From positions 269,651-333,650 of the forward strand of contig CAJUEA010000001.1 in NCBI GenBank assembly GCA_910584975.1: a stretch of DNA of 64,000 nucleotides. The letters run 5' to 3'. The translations under genes were made by a program, and so were the position numbers. This stretch comes from an uncultured Christensenella sp. GTDB taxonomy: Bacteria > Bacillota > Clostridia > Christensenellales > UBA3700. Shown in pieces: positions 26,569-35,783 of the stretch. The notes beneath the pieces are model-generated. The model made no database searches and had not been told where the DNA came from. It saw only the letters and a list, made by a program, of their open reading frames with translations. Position 1 is the first letter of the stretch; each line of letters opens with the position of its first letter.

Positions 26569-26611
26569 AAAACTGCAAACTTGAAAAGCCTAAAATAGAG
26601 TTTGCAGTTTT
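26569..26611 (+). terminator. intrinsic terminator
   Basis: A perfect 13-bp stem: AAAACTGCAAACT (26569-81) with AGTTTGCAGTTTT (26599-611), followed by Ts. Confidence 0.75.
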
Positions 26612-26812
26612 TTGTTTTTGTGTTTTTAGAAATAACTTTTCTTGTTCATTTGTGATGAAAAATTTTTTTTGTTTTTTTTATAAAAAATATGAAAAATTTT
26701 AAGCAATAATTTTTTGTAAAAATGCCTTGAAAATCGGGGTGTTTCAAGGTGGATTTTCATTTGTTTTAAGTGAGTTTGGTGTATATTATATATAAAAAAT
26801 TAAAAAGGGGTG

Positions 26813-26841
26813 TTTACAAAAATAGTTTTTTGTGCTATTAT
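26813..26841 (+). promoter_or_regulatory. sigma-A promoter with extended -10 (paralog 2)
   Basis: TTTACA (26813-18), a 17-nt spacer, then TGc-TATTAT (26833-41). Confidence 0.5.
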
Positions 26842-26878
26842 GTATATGCAGAGAATTACACTATAAGAGAGGTAAATT

Positions 26879-28807
26879 ATGAGAGAAGAAGAAAAGAATC
26901 AGGTTTCTGATGTTTTTGACGAAAATGAAGATGTAATTCGCACAAATTCTGAACAATCTGATGATACAAAAGCTGACGAAGTTGCTGTTTCTTCTGCCGA
27001 TGACCAAGGGGCTGTTGATATAGTGGAAGACGAGAGTGCCGAAAGTGACGATGATGTTGCTGAGGATGATTTGACTGCTGAAGACAGCGAAGCTCAATTA
27101 GAGTTTGATCAAATGGACAATGTCATCAATGGCAAAAAGCGTAAACAAAGAAAAAGAAAAAAGAAGATGAGCAAGCGTGGTAAGATGATTGAATATGTTG
27201 CCATTTCTTGCGTATGCGTAACTTTGCTTATTGTAGTAGCTTATTTCTTGTCTATGTTTTTGGGTGGAGAAACTCCTTCTCAAGGTTTGGGTAACACACA
27301 ACTTATTGTTGATATGACAGACTTGCCATATTACTTTGGTACAGAAGGCACCGTCGATTTGACAACTACTTTCCCAGGTGGTGCAAACTTTAAAATGGGC
27401 GAAGGAACTTCAAAAATTCAAGGAACAAAACTTACTGTAAGCAGTTCTGATGAAACATTCACTTTTACATATGATGCTCCTGCAACAGAAGAAGGTGGTG
27501 CAGCTGAAACAAAAACAATAAATGCTATTGTTAAAGCTGATGCTGTAAATGTTAGCACTTGGGCTGATTTGAGAAGAGTAGCTAGTGAGAAAAAAGTTAT
27601 ATGTTTGCAAGCAAATGTTCAATCTCCTCCACTGGTTGGTTTGAAGAGAGATGACCATCCAACAATTCAAATTTACAATGATGTTTATGGCAATGGCAAA
27701 ACAATAGATGTTTTTGAACTTGCTTGCACAAGAGCAAAAGCAAGCAGTAAAAAATTTGGTGCTCCTTATTTGCCAGGAAATGGTAAAGTTTGGGGAATGG
27801 ATGCAATCAATATTAACAACAGAGAAGATGGCGAACAAATTCTTTTCCAAGATGTTCATGTAACAGGAAACAATATGAGCACTTATGGTGTTGAGGATGA
27901 TTACGAAGAGGAAGAAGGTTCTGCACCAGTTGCTGATGGCGAGGCTGTAAATGGTGATATGTATGGATGTCCTCAAAGCACAATCGATAGCCGTGGTGTT
28001 TTGTTGTTCAGTAGATATGGTAATATCGTTAATATTGCAGGCAGTCCTGAAGAAAAGATTAATGTTAAAGTTAAACATTGCTTGATTGAAAATGGTGGTA
28101 AGGTATTGCACCTTAAAGCAGTTGATATGGATTTGGAAGGTACTATTGTAAGAAACGCTGCCGATACAGCAATTTCAATTCAAACTTCTGCAAATAATGC
28201 TTGCTACATTAGATCCCAAAACAATGTTATTGCAAATTCATTGACTGGTGGTATTTTGTTCTATTGCTTTGATGGTGATATCACAGAAAGCAATGCAGAT
28301 GCAACATGGAATACATTTGAAGTTGTCCCAGGTTCATTCCTTGATATTTACAACTGGAAATTGCAAGATGGTTTGGCATTCCTTCCTGAAACAGAGGACT
28401 TTGCAAACATCGCAAACCCTATTGCATCATCAGAAATTCCAAAGCCATCTTACAACAGTTTGAAAGGTAAGGACGCTGCTGGCAATTTGTATATTCACTT
28501 TGCTATCATCAAAATCAGAACAGGTGGTGGATTGCCAAAGAATGATTCTGTTGTTTTAAATTATAAAGATATTGGATATTCAACTTGCTTTGACAAAACA
28601 GGTGGTGGATTCCCAATTCCAAGCATTGCGGGTGCGATTATGAAAACAATCGATGTTTGGGGTTACTATGACAACAGCAATGGTTCAGTTCCTCCGGGAT
28701 TGGAAATTGGTATGAAGTTTGACGAGTCAGGTAAAATGGTTGAAAATTTTGAAACTTTCTACAAAGAATTGAGAGACGGAAGAGTTACTGAACAACCTGC
28801 AGCCTAA
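26879..28807 (+). CDS. single-pass (N-in) membrane protein with beta-helix-like ectodomain, unknown family, paralog 2
   Basis: SD AGAGAGG. The architecture matches 24572..26545: an acidic tail, FDQMDNVING, KKRKQRKRKKKMSKRGK, a TM helix and an ectodomain. Long identical runs include GSFLDIYNWKLQDGLAF, NVIANSLTGG, IHFAIIK.RTGGGL and IDVWGYY. Confidence 0.8.
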   Translation: MREEEKNQVSDVFDENEDVIRTNSEQSDDTKADEVAVSSADDQGAVDIVEDESAESDDDVAEDDLTAEDSEAQLEFDQMDNVINGKKRKQRKRKKKMSKRGKMIEYVAISCVCVTLLIVVAYFLSMFLGGETPSQGLGNTQLIVDMTDLPYYFGTEGTVDLTTTFPGGANFKMGEGTSKIQGTKLTVSSSDETFTFTYDAPATEEGGAAETKTINAIVKADAVNVSTWADLRRVASEKKVICLQANVQSPPLVGLKRDDHPTIQIYNDVYGNGKTIDVFELACTRAKASSKKFGAPYLPGNGKVWGMDAININNREDGEQILFQDVHVTGNNMSTYGVEDDYEEEEGSAPVADGEAVNGDMYGCPQSTIDSRGVLLFSRYGNIVNIAGSPEEKINVKVKHCLIENGGKVLHLKAVDMDLEGTIVRNAADTAISIQTSANNACYIRSQNNVIANSLTGGILFYCFDGDITESNADATWNTFEVVPGSFLDIYNWKLQDGLAFLPETEDFANIANPIASSEIPKPSYNSLKGKDAAGNLYIHFAIIKIRTGGGLPKNDSVVLNYKDIGYSTCFDKTGGGFPIPSIAGAIMKTIDVWGYYDNSNGSVPPGLEIGMKFDESGKMVENFETFYKELRDGRVTEQPAA

Positions 28808-28824
28808 AACTACAACTTAAAAAC

Positions 28825-28860
28825 AAAATCACTTTTGCTTTTTGCAAGAGTGATTTTTTT
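28825..28860 (+). terminator. intrinsic terminator
   Basis: AAAATCACTTTTGC pairs with GCAAGAGTGATTTT (one G-U pair), followed by a T run. Confidence 0.7.
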
Positions 28861-29151
28861 ATCTTATTAATAATGTGCTAATGTGGGATGTCTTTCTTTG
28901 AATAAAGCAATATTATCTTTTCTTGTTTAGCAATAAAAATTGTAATTTTATAATACTTTGCTCAAGATTGTACAAAAAAGTTTTTTTAAAAAGCAAAATT
29001 ATATACGAAAATATTGACTAAGATAATTGAATTTTTATATAGTAAAATATTAATTATATTATTTATAAATATATTATATTTTAATTTAAAAAAAGCCTTT
29101 ACTTTTTTATTTAAATGTAGTAAAATATAATAGATATAAACTGGAGGAAAT

Positions 29152-30246
29152 ATGGATATTAAAGATATTGTTAAAAAATTTAAAATTAATGGCGAGCCTA
29201 TAAAAATCGAGCCTTATGGAAATGGACATATTAATACAACTTTTTTGATTGAGTGTGATAACAACGGAATGATTTGCCGTTATATTTTGCAAAAAATTAA
29301 TACAACAGTTTTCAATAATGTTGAAGGACTTATGAGCAACATTCTTGGTGTTACATCTTTTTTGAAAGAGCGTATCATTGCAAATGGAGGAAATCCTGAT
29401 ATTGAAACACTTAATCTTGTGCTTACAAATGATGGGAAAAGTTATTTTGAGTGCAAAGATGGTGCTTATCGTATTTATAAATTTATTGAAAACACTGTGG
29501 CATTGCAAATTGCTGAGGATAAGGAAGTTTTTGAAGGTGCAGGCTATGCATTTGGTAATTTTGTAAAAATGCTAAACGATTATGATGCAAGTGGACTTTT
29601 TGAGGTTATTCAAAATTTTCACAATACTCAATCAAGATTCCAAAAATTTATCAATGCAGTGGACAAAGATATTGTAAAAAGAGCAGATAGTGTTCGTGAT
29701 GAGATTGATTTTGTACTAAAACGCTCTGCTATGTGTGATAATATTGTAACTTTGCTTGAAAGCAAGACTTTGCCATTGAGAGTTACTCACAATGACACTA
29801 AGCTTAACAATGTTTTAATCAGTGAGGAAACAGGTAAGCCAGTGTGCGTAATTGATTTGGATACAATTATGCCTGGTAGTTTGCTTTATGATTTTGGCGA
29901 TGCTATTCGTTCTGGCTGCAACACAGGACTTGAGGACGAACCTGACCTTACAAAAGTTGGTTTTGATATTGAGTTGTTTGAAAGCTTTACAAAAGGCTTT
30001 ATGACAGGCATTGGAAATTGCATCACTCCACTTGAGCGTGATTTGTTGTCTTTGGGTGCAATTATGATGACATTTGAATGTGGTATGAGATTTTTGACTG
30101 ATTATTTGGAAGGAGACACTTATTTCAAAATTCATTATCCAGAACACAATCTCGTTAGATGTCACACTCAGTTTAAAATGGTTAGTGATATGGAAAATTT
30201 GCGCGATAAAATGGACGAAATAGCGAGGAAATACAGCAAAGTATGA
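29152..30246 (+). CDS. nahK: N-acetylhexosamine 1-kinase (NahK/LnpB family, APH fold)
   Basis: IEPYGNGHINTT, YRIYKFIE, LRVTHNDTKLNNVL, IDLDTIMPGS and ECGMRFLTDYLEGDTYF..YPEHNLVR closely match Bifidobacterium NahK as I remember it. Confidence 0.85.
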   Translation: MDIKDIVKKFKINGEPIKIEPYGNGHINTTFLIECDNNGMICRYILQKINTTVFNNVEGLMSNILGVTSFLKERIIANGGNPDIETLNLVLTNDGKSYFECKDGAYRIYKFIENTVALQIAEDKEVFEGAGYAFGNFVKMLNDYDASGLFEVIQNFHNTQSRFQKFINAVDKDIVKRADSVRDEIDFVLKRSAMCDNIVTLLESKTLPLRVTHNDTKLNNVLISEETGKPVCVIDLDTIMPGSLLYDFGDAIRSGCNTGLEDEPDLTKVGFDIELFESFTKGFMTGIGNCITPLERDLLSLGAIMMTFECGMRFLTDYLEGDTYFKIHYPEHNLVRCHTQFKMVSDMENLRDKMDEIARKYSKV

Positions 30247-30836
30247 ATACATATTTAATTAAAAAGACAACTGCTCAATTTGCAGAGGATATTAATTGGA
30301 AACAAACTGATATTATGTGGCTTACTGCAAATTGCGGGGATGGCAGTGCTTTGTATAAAACAAAATGCTGTCTTGCTTATAATGACAAAGGCATTTTTTA
30401 TCGCTTTGAGGTTGAGGATGACAAAATTAACTGCACTATGAGGAAGTACAATGCTCCAATTTACAATGAGGAAACAGTTGAATTATTTATTCAACCAACA
30501 CAAGATAAAACGCATTATATGGAGTTTGAATGGAATGGCATTGGTGGTGTTTTTTGTGCACAAGTGACAAATGACCTTAAAGGTAGCACAAGTCTTGATT
30601 TTATGCAAAAAAATATTATTGACAGCAAGATTTATGCAACTGAATATGGTTGGATAGTTCAAGGGATGTTGCCTGCAAAGCTTTTTAATGCTAAGTTTGA
30701 AGGGGACTGGAAATTTAACGCTTACAGAATAAAAAAAGATAAAAATGACGAGCAAATTTTGTTGAGCTACAGCAATACAATAGTTCCAAATTATCATATC
30801 CCTGATAAGTTTGCAGTGCTTAAGTTTGAAAAATAA
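30243..30836 (+). CDS. cytoplasmic carbohydrate-binding family 9 (CBM9/DOMON-like) protein
   Basis: Overlaps the nahK stop by 4 nt (ATGA). ETVELFIQP....HYMEFEWNGIG and KFNAYRI fit the CBM9_2-like pattern. There is no signal peptide. Confidence 0.6.
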   Translation: MNTYLIKKTTAQFAEDINWKQTDIMWLTANCGDGSALYKTKCCLAYNDKGIFYRFEVEDDKINCTMRKYNAPIYNEETVELFIQPTQDKTHYMEFEWNGIGGVFCAQVTNDLKGSTSLDFMQKNIIDSKIYATEYGWIVQGMLPAKLFNAKFEGDWKFNAYRIKKDKNDEQILLSYSNTIVPNYHIPDKFAVLKFEK

Positions 30837-31037
30837 AATAAATTTTCTTGTTTTGTTTTTAGGCATTGTTGAATATGAAATAAGCAATATGATTATATAT
30901 ATTGAGAATTAATTAAGATGTGACGATATATTAATATAATGTATAAATTAACAGTGTTGCTTGAATTTCAAATTAAATTATTTTAGTATAAAATATAAAT
31001 TAAAAAATCATAAAAGATTATTTTTAGGAGGCATATT

Positions 31038-32054
31038 ATGTCAGTTTTAGTTACAGGTGGAGCAGGCTATATCGGTAGCCATACAATTATCGAATTGGAT
31101 AAAGCAAACAGAGATGTTGTTGTTGTGGATAATTTTTGCAACAGCAAGCCAATCGCTCTTCAAAGAGTGGAAAAGATTATTGGCAAAAAAATTAAGTTTT
31201 ACGAAATTGATTGCTGTGACGAAGAGGCTCTTCGCAAAGTTTTCAAGGCAGAAAAAATTGACTCTGTTATTCATTTTGCAGGACTTAAAGCTGTTGGCGA
31301 ATCAGTTGCAATTCCACTTAAGTATTATGAAAACAACTTGATAAGCACACTTTCCTTGCTAAAGGTTATGAAAGAGTTTGGTTGCAACAACCTTGTATTT
31401 TCTTCTTCAGCAACTGTTTATGGTATGCCAAAAAGCGTTCCTATTTCAGAGGATTTCCCACTTTCTGCAACAAATCCTTATGGCAGAACAAAATTGTTTA
31501 TTGAGGAAATTTTGAGAGACTATTACAAAGCAAATCCAGAAATGAATATTGCTTTGCTAAGATATTTCAACCCTATTGGTGCTCATGAGAGTGGTATGAT
31601 TGGTGAAGATCCAAATGGTATTCCAAACAATCTTATGCCATATATCACACAAGTGGCAATTGGCAAGCTAAAACAACTTAGCGTGTTTGGTGATGACTAT
31701 CCAACACATGATGGCACAGGCGTTCGTGACTATATCCATGTTTGTGACCTTGCAAAAGGACATGTGCTTGCAATCAGCAAGTTGGAGACAAATCCTGGTG
31801 TTGTTACATACAACCTTGGCACAGGCAATGGTTACAGCGTGCTTGATATGGTAAAAGCATTTGAAAAAGCTTGTGGTAAGCCAGTAAACTACAAAATCGC
31901 TCCTCGCCGTCCTGGAGATGTTGCAGAGTGCTATGCTGACCCAACACTTGCATACAACGAGCTTGGCTTTAAGGCAGAATTCAATCTTGACAGAATGTGT
32001 GCTGATAGCTGGAGATGGCAATCTAATAACCCAAATGGTTATGACGAAAAATAA
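31038..32054 (+). CDS. galE: UDP-glucose 4-epimerase
   Basis: [11 protein letters not shown], the SSSATVYG..P and YGRTK catalytic motifs, and [12 protein letters not shown]. Confidence 0.95.
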   Translation: MSVLVTGGAGYIGSHTIIELDKANRDVVVVDNFCNSKPIALQRVEKIIGKKIKFYEIDCCDEEALRKVFKAEKIDSVIHFAGLKAVGESVAIPLKYYENNLISTLSLLKVMKEFGCNNLVFSSSATVYGMPKSVPISEDFPLSATNPYGRTKLFIEEILRDYYKANPEMNIALLRYFNPIGAHESGMIGEDPNGIPNNLMPYITQVAIGKLKQLSVFGDDYPTHDGTGVRDYIHVCDLAKGHVLAISKLETNPGVVTYNLGTGNGYSVLDMVKAFEKACGKPVNYKIAPRRPGDVAECYADPTLAYNELGFKAEFNLDRMCADSWRWQSNNPNGYDEK

Positions 32055-32203
32055 TAGGTTGCAAATTAAAAAAATGATAAAAAGTTGCAATTAAAAAATG
32101 TATTAAAATTTTGTTCTTATTTCAAAAATTGTTTTTAGTGTCGATTTTTGAGGGTATATTTGACAAAATTTGATTTGTAACTTTAAAAATTGAGGATAAA
32201 AGT

Positions 32204-33022
32204 ATGTTTGATTGTCATACACATTGCAATCATTCCGTAGATAGTCCGACAAGCATTGACACAATGATTGAGGTTGCCATTGAAAAAGGCGTACGCTATA
32301 TGGCATTTACCGATCATTTGGATTTTGATTACTTGTATGGAGAATCTATTGACAAAGATATCAAGCTTTTAGATATGCCTTTTCATTTGGCAGATACAAT
32401 GCGTGCAAAAGCAAAGTATGCAGATAAAATTGAAATTGCGTGTGGCGTTGAGTGTGGTTTTTCCAAAGCTGCGGAAAATGATTACTTGAAAATGCTAAGT
32501 GGCTGTGATTTAGATTTGATTTTAAATTCTGTGCACTCGGTAAACGGTATTGATTGTTATCATGAGGTGTATTTTGATGGCAAGAGCAAAAGAGAGGCAT
32601 ATGAACAATATCTTTTGGCTGTGCTTGATAGCGTAAAGGCTAAATATGACTTTGATGTTATCACACATATCGGTTATGTTTGCAGAAAAGCACCTTTTGA
32701 TGACAGAGATATGAATTATTGTGAATTTGCTGACATAATTGACAGCATATTGAAAGAGATAATCAGTCGTGGAGTATCACTTGAACTTAATTCGCATAAT
32801 CGTGGCACCAACACGCCTTTTCTTCCTTATCTATCCATTGTGCAAAGGTATATTGAACTCGGTGGCAGTGAATTTACTTTTGGTTCAGATGCACATCGCA
32901 TATCAAGAGTAAATGATAAGTTTGATGTTGTAAAAGATTTTTTGATTGATAATGGACAAAAGTATATCAATATTTATAGGAAAAGGCAAAAGATAAAAAT
33001 TGACCTAACAAAATTAAGCTAA
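32204..33022 (+). CDS. histidinol-phosphatase (HisJ family) / PHP-domain phosphoesterase
   Basis: The N-terminal FDCHTHCNHS, FTDHLD, HIGY and GSDAH are PHP metal ligands. Confidence 0.8.
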   Translation: MFDCHTHCNHSVDSPTSIDTMIEVAIEKGVRYMAFTDHLDFDYLYGESIDKDIKLLDMPFHLADTMRAKAKYADKIEIACGVECGFSKAAENDYLKMLSGCDLDLILNSVHSVNGIDCYHEVYFDGKSKREAYEQYLLAVLDSVKAKYDFDVITHIGYVCRKAPFDDRDMNYCEFADIIDSILKEIISRGVSLELNSHNRGTNTPFLPYLSIVQRYIELGGSEFTFGSDAHRISRVNDKFDVVKDFLIDNGQKYINIYRKRQKIKIDLTKLS

Positions 33023-33091
33023 AACCTGCTTAAAGCATATTAATGCCGATTTTTGACAGGTATTTTTGAGAGTTTTAACATAGGAGTAAAG

Positions 33092-34519
33092 ATGAGAGTA
33101 TTTGATAATGCAACACAAGAACTGAAATATAAAGTGCTTAAAGAAGTTGCCAAACTTGCTTTTGAAGGCAGATTGAGTGACAGCTATTATGCTATACCTC
33201 GTATTTTAGTTCCTGATAGTTCTCCTGCAATGAGGTGCTGTATTTATAAGGATAGGGCGATTGTTGAAGAAATGGTGCGTAATATTATAGGCACTTGGAA
33301 ATTGCCAAATCAACTGCTTGAGGTTTTGGATATTGCTTGTGATGAGTGTCCAATTGATCGCTACACTGTCAGTGAAGGTTGTCGTGGTTGTATTTCTCAC
33401 AGGTGCGTATCAAGTTGTCCAGTGCAGGCTATTCGCATAAGCAAAACAAAAAAAGCTGTAATTGACATTGACAAGTGCATTGAATGTGGCAAATGCTTTA
33501 AAGCTTGTCCTTACAACGCAATTCGTGAAAATGTTCGTCCTTGCGTGCGTGCTTGCAAGATTGGTGCAATCAAGGTTGAAAAAACAAAAAAAGCAAGCAT
33601 TGATTACAACAAATGCGTAAGTTGTGGTGCGTGTATGGCAAAATGCCCTTTTGGTGCAATTCAAGATAGGTCTTACATACTTGACACAATTGAAATGCTT
33701 AAAAAGAGCGAAAATAACCAAAAATACAAAATTTATGCAATGGTAGCACCATCAATAGGCACTCAGTTTAATTATGCTTCAGTGGAGCAAATTTGCACAG
33801 CACTTAAGCTTTTGGGTGTTTATGATATTTTTGAGGTGGCTTTGGGCGCAGATATAACGGCGTACAAAGATGCTCACGAATATGCAGAAAAATCTGCATT
33901 GATGTCTTCTTGTTGCCCTTCATTTGTGGAGTATGTCAACAAACAATTCCCTCAGCTTGCATGCAGTATATCCGTAAATCCGTCTCCTATGGTTGAGTGT
34001 GCAAAGCTTATCAAAAAGCAAGAGCCAAACTCAAAAGTCATCTTTATTGGACCTTGTATAAGCAAAAAGAATGAGGCAAAGCTTGACAGTGTGAAAGATT
34101 ATGTTGATAATGTTATAACTTTTGAGGAGTTGCAGGCTCTGATTGATAGCCGTGATATAAAAGTGGAGGAGCTTGAGCCAACTCAAATTAAATCTGCATC
34201 TTATTTTGGCAGAGTTTTTGCCCGTGTTGGTGGTGTAAGCGAGGCTGTGAAAAATATCATAGAAGAAGAAAAACTTGACATAGTGCCAAACATTGTTTGT
34301 GCTGACGGGTTGGATAATATAAAAATAACATTATTGAAGAACAACAAAGGCATTGCAAAGGGCTTGTTTATTGAAGGTATGGCTTGTACAGGAGGTTGTG
34401 TTAATGGTGCTGGTTGCGTAAATCACGATGCAAGAAGTATCAAAATGATGAACGAGTACAGCGAAAAAGCCTCAAAAGACAATGTAAGCAATATTGTCAA
34501 AGAAAATTTAAAAGACTAA
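33092..34519 (+). CDS. [FeFe] hydrogenase family protein with N-terminal ferredoxin-like 4Fe-4S domains
   Basis: ORF 33053 (TTG). I place the start at the ATG at 33092, after TAGGAG. The H-cluster motifs are MSSCCPSF (L1), GPCISKKNE (L2) and EGMACTGGCVNGAG (L3). There are two CxxCxxCxxxCP ferredoxin motifs. Confidence 0.8.
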   Translation: MRVFDNATQELKYKVLKEVAKLAFEGRLSDSYYAIPRILVPDSSPAMRCCIYKDRAIVEEMVRNIIGTWKLPNQLLEVLDIACDECPIDRYTVSEGCRGCISHRCVSSCPVQAIRISKTKKAVIDIDKCIECGKCFKACPYNAIRENVRPCVRACKIGAIKVEKTKKASIDYNKCVSCGACMAKCPFGAIQDRSYILDTIEMLKKSENNQKYKIYAMVAPSIGTQFNYASVEQICTALKLLGVYDIFEVALGADITAYKDAHEYAEKSALMSSCCPSFVEYVNKQFPQLACSISVNPSPMVECAKLIKKQEPNSKVIFIGPCISKKNEAKLDSVKDYVDNVITFEELQALIDSRDIKVEELEPTQIKSASYFGRVFARVGGVSEAVKNIIEEEKLDIVPNIVCADGLDNIKITLLKNNKGIAKGLFIEGMACTGGCVNGAGCVNHDARSIKMMNEYSEKASKDNVSNIVKENLKD

Positions 34520-34530
34520 TAGCTCAAAAT

Positions 34531-34566
34531 AAAAGCTTTTTACATCAATTTGTAAAAAGCTTTTTG
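34531..34566 (+). terminator. intrinsic terminator
   Basis: A perfect 14-bp stem: AAAAGCTTTTTACA (34531-44) with TGTAAAAAGCTTTT (34551-64), followed by Ts. Confidence 0.8.
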
Positions 34567-34746
34567 CGTTACTTTTGTTAATAAAAAATCATAAATTAAT
34601 AGTAAATTTTAGTCTAATTTATAAAAGAATTATAACCATATAGTTAACAAACATATCTAATAGTGTGTATAAATGATTGTTCAAATTAAATTTTTATTAC
34701 TATTTGTAATATTTAGGTAAATAACCAAAGGAAATAAAAAAATAAA

Positions 34747-34775
34747 TTGACAATGATTTTAAAAATTATTATAAT
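34747..34775 (+). promoter_or_regulatory. consensus sigma-A promoter
   Basis: TTGACA (34747-52), exactly 17 nt, then TATAAT (34770-75). Confidence 0.65.
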
Positions 34776-34781
34776 AAAATC

Positions 34782-34929
34782 ATAAAAGACCTAAAATTAA
34801 TTGCGATATACTGCTATCGATAAACAATTAATTTTATTAAATTTCGGAAGTACTAACTTCATAAAACTTTTTACAATTCTATTACCGAAACTGGTATGGC
34901 AATCGTCGTACCAGTTTTGGTATTTTTTT
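34782..34929 (+). ncRNA. candidate small RNA (about 150 nt), unknown family
   Basis: Bounded by the consensus promoter and by an intrinsic terminator: ACCGAAACTGGTA (34884-96) with TACCAGTTTTGGT (34909-21), then A and 7 Ts. Internal hairpins are AAAATTAATTG-CGATA..TATCG..CAATTAATTTT (34793-34835) and GAAGT-ACTA-ACTTC (34847-60). There is no SD-preceded ORF. Confidence 0.45.
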
Positions 34930-35072
34930 GCTTTAAATAGGCAAATTCGCATTATTTGCTATTTACTTTTGCTGAAAAATTAGGTATAATAATATTGTTA
35001 TAAATTAATTTGCATTAAGTTGTATTTTGAGCTTTTTGTGTAAAATGGCAATGGCGAGGGGAAATTGAGGTT

Positions 35073-35783
35073 ATGAAAATAATAATTTGTGATGATGACA
35101 ATACAGCAAGAGGCAATCTTTTGCAGTTATGCAATAAACACTTGATGGGCGATGGGGCTGTGATAGAGGATTTTTCATCTGCAAAGCAACTGACAAGGGA
35201 GATAATGCAAGATGTTGACATTGCTTTTTTAGATATAGAAATGCCTGAAATAAATGGGTTGGTGGTTGCAAACAAATTGCACGAGCTTTGCCCAAAGTGT
35301 TTGATTATTTTTGTAACCAGTTATACTGAGTACATAACTGAGGCTATGCGAAATTATGCATATCAATTTTTGACAAAACCAGTGAAAGAACAAGACCTTG
35401 TCATTGAGCTTAATCGTGCGAAAGAAGAATTGTCAAGAAGAATAAGCAAACTGACAATTGTTTGTGGCGAGGCAGAACGAGTTTTTGAAGTTGGGAAAAT
35501 TTTGTATGTGGAAAGTGACAACAAGCATTTAAGAATTGTGCTTGTAAGTGGAGAAGTTTGTGTGACAAGGGCAAAGATAAACAAATATTATGATTTTTTG
35601 CTTGAAAGGAATTTTGCTCAACCTCACAAAAGCTATATGGTAAATTTGTATTATGTAAAAGAGTTTAACAATCAATATGTAACTTTTGATAACGGAGTTG
35701 CAATTCCAATTTCAAGGTCAAAAAGTGCAGATTTTAAGCGTGCATTCAATCGTTATTTAAATGGGGTGCACTATGGAAAGTAA
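35073..35783 (+). CDS. LytTR-family response regulator (AgrA-like)
   Basis: The receiver domain has IIICDDD and FLDIEMPEINGL. The C-terminal LytTR domain has ILYVESDNKHLRIV....HKSYMVNL. Confidence 0.9.
   Translation: MKIIICDDDNTARGNLLQLCNKHLMGDGAVIEDFSSAKQLTREIMQDVDIAFLDIEMPEINGLVVANKLHELCPKCLIIFVTSYTEYITEAMRNYAYQFLTKPVKEQDLVIELNRAKEELSRRISKLTIVCGEAERVFEVGKILYVESDNKHLRIVLVSGEVCVTRAKINKYYDFLLERNFAQPHKSYMVNLYYVKEFNNQYVTFDNGVAIPISRSKSADFKRAFNRYLNGVHYGK

Noticed and set aside
34906-34950. 14-codon ORF MAIVVPVLVFFCFK as a possible autoinducing-peptide precursor for the adjacent AgrC-like kinase
   Set aside because: It has no SD and lies inside the loop and 3' arm of the terminator hairpin. It is far shorter than AgrD-type precursors, and no AgrB-like processing enzyme is nearby.
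34801-34983. 60-aa track ORF in the spacer upstream of the LytTR operon
   Set aside because: It has a TTG start without an SD, and it reads straight through a 13-bp terminator stem and a T run. Its composition is that of AT-rich non-coding DNA.
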